The position numbers and the translations under genes were made by a program. Below the pieces are notes generated by a model. That model was not told where the DNA came from, made no database searches, and worked only from the letters and a program-made list of their open reading frames with translations. A stretch of DNA of 64,000 nt from Gemmatimonadota bacterium (GTDB lineage Bacteria; JBHIER01; G020348925). Where the stretch lies: assembly GCA_020348925.1 (NCBI GenBank), contig CP070758.1, positions 3,053,688-3,117,687 of the forward strand, read 5' to 3'. Shown here piece after piece: positions 58,896 through 64,000 of the stretch (within the stretch, counting starts at the first letter, position 1; every line of letters begins with the position of its first letter).

Positions 58896-60800
58896 ATGAA
58901 GGAGAAATTCTATATCACCACCGCTATCGATTACGTCAATTCGCTTCCCCATATTGGCACGGCCTACGAGAAAATCGGGGCCGATTGCATCGCCCGATTC
59001 AAGCGGATGGACGGCTTCGATGTTCACTTTCTCATGGGCAACGACGAGCACAGCATCAACGTCAAAAAAGCGGCGGTGGAACAGGGTCTGACACCTGAAG
59101 CGTACTGCGATCGGATGGCCGAACAGTTTCAGCGGATCTGGAGAAAGCTCGATATCTCCTACGACGATTTTATTCGGACCACCGAAGAGAGGCATTGTGC
59201 CGCAGTCCAGAAGCTGTTCTTGAAAATCCATGAGAACGGTGATATTTACAAGGACAGCTACGAAGGCTGGTACTGCGAATCCTGCGAGGCTTTTCTCCAG
59301 GAGAAGGACCTGGCCGACGGGAAATGTCCCAACCACGGTTCGCAGCCCAAGTGGATAGAGGAGGAGAACCATTTCTTCGCCCTGTCGAAATACGGCGACA
59401 GATTGCTCCGACACATCGAGGCCAACCCGCGCTTCATCTTGCCTGAAATCCGGCGGAACGAAATCGTCAACGTCATCAAAGGTGGCCTGGAGGACATCAG
59501 CATTTCCCGCTCAAGTTTTGACTGGGGCATTCCGCTGCCTATCGATCCATCCCACGTGGTTTACGTTTGGTTCGATGCCCTCATCAATTACATTTCAGCC
59601 GCGGGATACGGCAGTGACGAGGACCTGTTTTCCCGCAGATGGCCGGCCGACGCTCACGTCATCGGTAAGGACATCACCCGCTTTCACTGCATCATCTGGC
59701 CCTCGATGCTCATGGCCGCCGGCGTTCCCTTGCCCAGGACCGTCTTCGGCCACGGCTTCGTCTATCTCAAAGGAGCAAAGATGAGCAAATCCTTGGGCCA
59801 CGTCGTGGAGCCTCTGGACGTCGTTGATACGTACGGCGCCGATCCCCTGCGATACTACCTGCTGCGAGAGGGCAGTTTCGGACGGGACGGCGATTTCACC
59901 TGGGAGAATTTCATCGACCGTTACAACAGCGACCTGGCCAACGATCTGGGAAATCTTCTCAATCGAACCCTGAGCATGATCGTCCGATATCAGGAGGGTG
60001 TTGTGCGCGCGCCGTCCGGGTGTGAGGCGGTGGATGAAGCGCTTCAAGCATCCGGCATCGGGGCTCTCGCTCACATTCGGCATTCTTTTTCAGAAGTCGC
60101 CGACGATATCGAATTTCACACCGCCTTGACTCACATATGGAACATCGTCGGGCGTGCCAATAAATATATCGACGAAACAGCCCCCTGGACCCTCAACAAA
60201 CAGGGGAAAAAAGAGCGCCTCGCCACCGTCCTCTACAATACGGTTGAAACGTTGCGCATTACGACTCTCCTGATTGCCCCTTTTATGCCCAACACGGCAC
60301 GTACGATGTGGACCCAGCTGGGACTCGAGAGCACACCCTTCGAGGATCAGACCTTTGACAATATTGAACCGTGGGGCCAGATTCCGGAGGGAACAGAGGT
60401 CCATGTGTCCGCACCCCTCTTTCCGAGAATCGAACGCACAGAAAAGGAGGAGACAACAATGGAACAGCCCGAGGAGCACCTGATCGACTTTAATGAGTTT
60501 CAAAAAATGGATCTTCGCATTGCCGATATCCTCTCCGCAGAAAGGGTCGAAGGAGCCAACAAGCTGGTGAAGATGGAAATCGATATTGGGGAGGAACATC
60601 GTCAGATTGTGGCCGGTATCGCCGAACACTATGCTCCCGAAGATCTCGTGGGGAAAAAAATAGTTGTCGTCGTCAATTTAAAACCGGCGGTGATTCGAGG
60701 TGTCGAGTCTCGGGGAATGCTCCTGGCAGCCGAAGAGGGCAACACACTTGCCCTCGTGACCTTGGATAGGGACGTCGGAGCCGGTGCCAAGGTGCGATAA
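58896..60800 (+). CDS. metG: Methionine--tRNA ligase with C-terminal tRNA-binding domain
   Basis: HIGT (HIGH), YVWFDAL, GKDI.RFH, KMSKS, C-terminal OB fold (NLKP..RGVES.GM). Confidence 0.97.
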   Translation: MKEKFYITTAIDYVNSLPHIGTAYEKIGADCIARFKRMDGFDVHFLMGNDEHSINVKKAAVEQGLTPEAYCDRMAEQFQRIWRKLDISYDDFIRTTEERHCAAVQKLFLKIHENGDIYKDSYEGWYCESCEAFLQEKDLADGKCPNHGSQPKWIEEENHFFALSKYGDRLLRHIEANPRFILPEIRRNEIVNVIKGGLEDISISRSSFDWGIPLPIDPSHVVYVWFDALINYISAAGYGSDEDLFSRRWPADAHVIGKDITRFHCIIWPSMLMAAGVPLPRTVFGHGFVYLKGAKMSKSLGHVVEPLDVVDTYGADPLRYYLLREGSFGRDGDFTWENFIDRYNSDLANDLGNLLNRTLSMIVRYQEGVVRAPSGCEAVDEALQASGIGALAHIRHSFSEVADDIEFHTALTHIWNIVGRANKYIDETAPWTLNKQGKKERLATVLYNTVETLRITTLLIAPFMPNTARTMWTQLGLESTPFEDQTFDNIEPWGQIPEGTEVHVSAPLFPRIERTEKEETTMEQPEEHLIDFNEFQKMDLRIADILSAERVEGANKLVKMEIDIGEEHRQIVAGIAEHYAPEDLVGKKIVVVVNLKPAVIRGVESRGMLLAAEEGNTLALVTLDRDVGAGAKVR

Positions 60801-60823
60801 GCCATATATGAATTATTGTTCTC

Positions 60824-61600
60824 ATGGTCATTGATACCCACGCCCATCTCGACTTTCGGCACTACGACAGTGACAGGCCTCAGGTCATCGAGCGTGCCTT
60901 TCAAAACGGCCTCTCGGCCATAATCAACGTCGGCGTCGACCTTGAAAGCAGCAAGGCCTGTCTCCGCCTGTCCGAGGAACATCAGGATTTGTACACAGTG
61001 GTCGGATTCCACCCGCACCACGCCGAGCAGGTCAACAGCTCGACCCTGACCCAGCTGACGGCCCTGGCGCGGCTCGAAAAAGTGGTGGCCATCGGGGAGA
61101 TCGGTCTCGATTATTACCGGAACTACGCACCGCATTCGACCCAGAAGGACGCCTTCCGACGTCAGATCCGTCTGGCCAGAAAGCTGAAACTCCCCATCGT
61201 CGTCCACATCCGCCAGGCCTACGAGGACGCCATGACGATCATCGAGGAGGAAGGCGCCTCCGAAACAGGGGGGGTTCTCCACTGCTTCTCCGGCGACGAT
61301 GCCGAGGCCCGGTGGGCCATCGACCGTGGATTCCATCTCTCCTTCCCCGGTGTCGTCACCTTCCCCCGAAGCCGTGCCCTGGATATCGCAGCCTCAGTCC
61401 CGCCTGATCGGCTTCTTTTAGAGACGGACTGTCCTTTTCTCGCCCCACATCCCTACCGGGGAAAGCGAAACGAACCTTCGTACGTCAAACTCGTTGCACA
61501 ATCAATCGCCCGTGCTCGCGGCACAACGTTCGAAAAACTTGCCCAAGAAACAACCGATAATGCCAAAAAGGTGTTTCGACTTTCTAACACAAAGTATTGA
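60824..61600 (+). CDS. tatD: TatD family hydrolase
   Basis: DTHAH, GFHPH, GEIGLDY, HCFSG, LETDCPFLAP. Confidence 0.95.
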   Translation: MVIDTHAHLDFRHYDSDRPQVIERAFQNGLSAIINVGVDLESSKACLRLSEEHQDLYTVVGFHPHHAEQVNSSTLTQLTALARLEKVVAIGEIGLDYYRNYAPHSTQKDAFRRQIRLARKLKLPIVVHIRQAYEDAMTIIEEEGASETGGVLHCFSGDDAEARWAIDRGFHLSFPGVVTFPRSRALDIAASVPPDRLLLETDCPFLAPHPYRGKRNEPSYVKLVAQSIARARGTTFEKLAQETTDNAKKVFRLSNTKY

Positions 61601-61672
61601 ACGTCCTTCGACTCCTGCAGACTTCGCACCATTCGATCGAACAGTATTCTACCAGAGGACGGTGAGACGGAT

Positions 61673-62530
61673 ATGAAGGGGAACAGCGAAATTTTTCGAA
61701 AATATGCCATCAGGCCCAAGAAGCGCCTGGGCCAGCATTTTCTAAAGGATCGAAACATCGCCCGGAGGATCGTGGATGCCCTCTCACCGGAGGCCGGCGA
61801 CACCGTGCTCGAGATCGGTCCAGGGCTGGGCGTGCTCACCCGCCATCTCCTCGACATCGCTGGAACCGTCATCGCCGTCGAGATCGACGATAAAGTGAGC
61901 GATCTCCTTGAGGACACCTTCGGCCGTCACGCTCACTTTCATCTCATCCGCAGCGACATCCTGAAAACGTCCCTCCGGGAGATATGCTCGCAACACAATA
62001 ACGATACACTGAAGGTGGTCGGCAATCTCCCCTATTCAATCACCACACCGGTACTCTTTTTCCTCCTTCAATGGAAATCCGAGATCGAGAGCATCGTCAT
62101 CACGATTCAAAAGGAGGTCGCTCGGCGGATCGTCTCTCCCCCCGGGACGAAGGATTACGGCGCGCTGTCAGTGGCCGTCCAGTACCACACCACCCCGGAA
62201 CGGGTCTTCGACATTCCGGCGGCCGCCTTTTCACCCAAACCGAAGGTCGACTCCACCGTTCTCAGACTGGGCATCCGAGAATCTCCCGCCGTCGCAGTGC
62301 AAGATGAGGACTTCTATTTCCGGGTGGTGCGAGCCGCCTTCGGGCAGAGAAGGAAGATGCTCCGCAACGCCCTCTCCGGGATCTTCCACCTCTCATCGCA
62401 GCAATATAAAACCATTTCAGATCACTCGGGGATTGACATGAAACGGAGAGGAGAAACCCTCAGCCTGGTGGAGTTCGCCAGGCTCTCCGACTCGGTGCTG
62501 AAATTTGCTGAAGACTATTCCGACGAATAG
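61673..62530 (+). CDS. rsmA: 16S rRNA m6,2A dimethyltransferase
   Basis: KRLGQHFL, EIGPGLG, GNLPYSIT, F.P.PKVDS, QRRKMLRN. Confidence 0.97.
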   Translation: MKGNSEIFRKYAIRPKKRLGQHFLKDRNIARRIVDALSPEAGDTVLEIGPGLGVLTRHLLDIAGTVIAVEIDDKVSDLLEDTFGRHAHFHLIRSDILKTSLREICSQHNNDTLKVVGNLPYSITTPVLFFLLQWKSEIESIVITIQKEVARRIVSPPGTKDYGALSVAVQYHTTPERVFDIPAAAFSPKPKVDSTVLRLGIRESPAVAVQDEDFYFRVVRAAFGQRRKMLRNALSGIFHLSSQQYKTISDHSGIDMKRRGETLSLVEFARLSDSVLKFAEDYSDE

Positions 62531-62826
62531 GTATGACCTGTCCGAGATGTAAAACAAAAATGGTGGAAGAGAAACGATCCTTCCACAAGCAGCGGAAATG
62601 GATCTGTCCGAACTGTGGGAAAGTCGGTTTTCAAAAGGCAGGAAAGACGCGCGGGCAAAAAAGAACGGGAAATTCGTCTGTACGTTGAGACTCGTGACGC
62701 CGGTCGATGGGTGATGGGACTGGCGCATTGCTGTTTGAAGCGTGATGTCCAAAGTCTGTAATTTTTTTATCCGTGTAGTCGCCTCACAAGCCTCAAGAAA
62801 CCAGTATCAGGATTCGATATGCAATA

Positions 62827-63864
62827 TTACGTGATCCTCGTCACCTTCCCCCCCTCCCCTTCGCTCCCCTCCACCTCAAACTTGACGGGCAGGAACTGCT
62901 CCACGACCCAAATACAGGTGAGCAGATGCTGTGTGATGCGAGACGTCACGATAGAGGACTGTCCCTGGGCCAGGGCCATGTAGATGACGAGCTGATCGGC
63001 CAGATGCTCGTCAACGGCGGCTCCGGAATCCATGAACTCGAGAAACTGGCGAACCGTGCTCCCGGCGACCTCCTCCGCGGGACGACCCCGCCGTCCCAAG
63101 GTGCTGAAACCGGCCCGGCTGTTTTCGAATTCAGCCCAGAGAAAAAATATCGTTCCGGGACAGGAGGCGGGAGTTTCGAACATCCTGATCTGAGCGTCGT
63201 ATCCTGCCTCCCGAAGAAGTTGATCGCCCTTCCGCCTCTGGCGTTTCGAAATCATCATCGGCAATTTCGAAGAGACGGATAATCCCCGCAAAGCCTCCAG
63301 CGCACCGCGCTGTTCGAGGTGCACCGGAATGAGCTCCTGCAGCGGTTCGACATCAATAGTCACCGTTCCCTTTCCTTTGGGATACCATCCCCAACGGGTG
63401 AGATTCATGCTTCCATGAGCACCCATCTTCAGCACGGTAGGAAGAAAGACATGAAGGAGATAGTGAACCGGGGGGCTCCACTCCACGTGCGTCCCTCCGC
63501 GGATCATGACACGTGATCTTTCAGGTCCATAGAGAAGCGGAGGCAAAAGGGCTTGAAGTATCAGTGTCACCGAACCCGCACTCGACTTAAGATCGGCCAC
63601 ATTAAAGGAGAACTCACCGGAGCGAAGTGTTTTCGGCTCAAAGACAACTTCCATGGAATTGATCTTTCCGCCGACAACAGATGCATTCGTCAAAGCGGCT
63701 AAAGCCTGAACACACATAACATGCTGAGGCTTCAGTCCTGGATTCTTCCTGTTCGCACGAATGTTGACAACACGTACAGGAACCTTGAGTATGCTTGCCA
63801 GGGCCAATCCTGTGCGTAAAATCTGGCCACCGCCCTCTCCGTATGCTCCATCCAACTCAACCAT
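62827..63864 (-). CDS. rtcA: RNA 3'-terminal phosphate cyclase
   Basis: DG..GEGGGQILR, PGL.PQH, GGTHV..SP, G.YPKG.G, VDEHLADQL, HLLT. Confidence 0.95.
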   Translation of the reverse strand: MVELDGAYGEGGGQILRTGLALASILKVPVRVVNIRANRKNPGLKPQHVMCVQALAALTNASVVGGKINSMEVVFEPKTLRSGEFSFNVADLKSSAGSVTLILQALLPPLLYGPERSRVMIRGGTHVEWSPPVHYLLHVFLPTVLKMGAHGSMNLTRWGWYPKGKGTVTIDVEPLQELIPVHLEQRGALEALRGLSVSSKLPMMISKRQRRKGDQLLREAGYDAQIRMFETPASCPGTIFFLWAEFENSRAGFSTLGRRGRPAEEVAGSTVRQFLEFMDSGAAVDEHLADQLVIYMALAQGQSSIVTSRITQHLLTCIWVVEQFLPVKFEVEGSEGEGGKVTRIT

Positions 63865-63885
63865 GTTCACCGCACCTGTTTCCGT

Positions 63886-63999
63886 TTATGATTCCTCAAC
63901 GCCATCATCCCTTCGCTTCTCCCTGGCAATAAGCATCTCGGCACACATAAGAAGAAAAGCCACCAGCAGAAACTGTTTCCACAGCTCACGACCGTATCT
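63886..63999 (-). CDS. 3' end of a membrane-anchored protein (BatA/vWA-associated-type C-terminus), truncated by the window edge
   Basis: Reads RYGRELWKQFLLVAFLLMCAEMLIAREKRRDDGVEES*, i.e. ELW + TM + E + basic tail. Confidence 0.55.
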   Translation of the reverse strand, partial: RYGRELWKQFLLVAFLLMCAEMLIAREKRRDDGVEES

Positions 64000-64000
64000 C

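Noticed and set aside
1-64000. CRISPR arrays, tRNA/rRNA genes, transposases/integrases
   Set aside because: None recognised by eye; the repeats found are protein-domain repeats. A tRNAscan/Infernal run would be needed to exclude small RNAs.

Overview
Bacterial DNA from an anaerobic, diderm organism, probably an FCB-superphylum lineage (inferred from T9SS-type C-terminal domains, a long SecA and an LPS heptosyltransferase). Two 100-N spacers (3117-3216, 52239-52338) split the window into three segments that may not be truly adjacent. Segment 1 holds the 3' end of a TPR-like gene and a VIT-vWA gene interrupted by one in-frame TAA. Segment 2 holds: a Ser/Thr kinase-TPR receptor next to a GAF sigma-54 activator; a divergent redox cluster (NuoE-like, Zn-ribbon, HndB-like, NuoF-GltD/NfnB fusion, short Cys-rich NuoG-like, stand-alone FMN glutamate-synthase-family protein, glutamate dehydrogenase, malic enzyme); an FMN-riboswitch-controlled rib operon; nusB, secA, GT9 genes, amrS, a NusG-II/Gx pair, valS and DUF4139; and three giant secreted proteins. 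Segment 3 holds an M48 peptidase, ftsE-ftsX-envC, holB-ricT-metG-tatD-rsmA and rtcA. The best candidates for undescribed biology are (a) a HydABC/Bfu-like flavoenzyme module with no hydrogenase or formate dehydrogenase catalytic subunit, linked to glutamate/malate enzymes, and (b) a non-cellulosomal cohesin-dockerin scaffold built from ASH/choice-of-anchor-D repeats next to a vWA/DUF11 adhesin. All family assignments come from motif recognition by eye; no searches were run.
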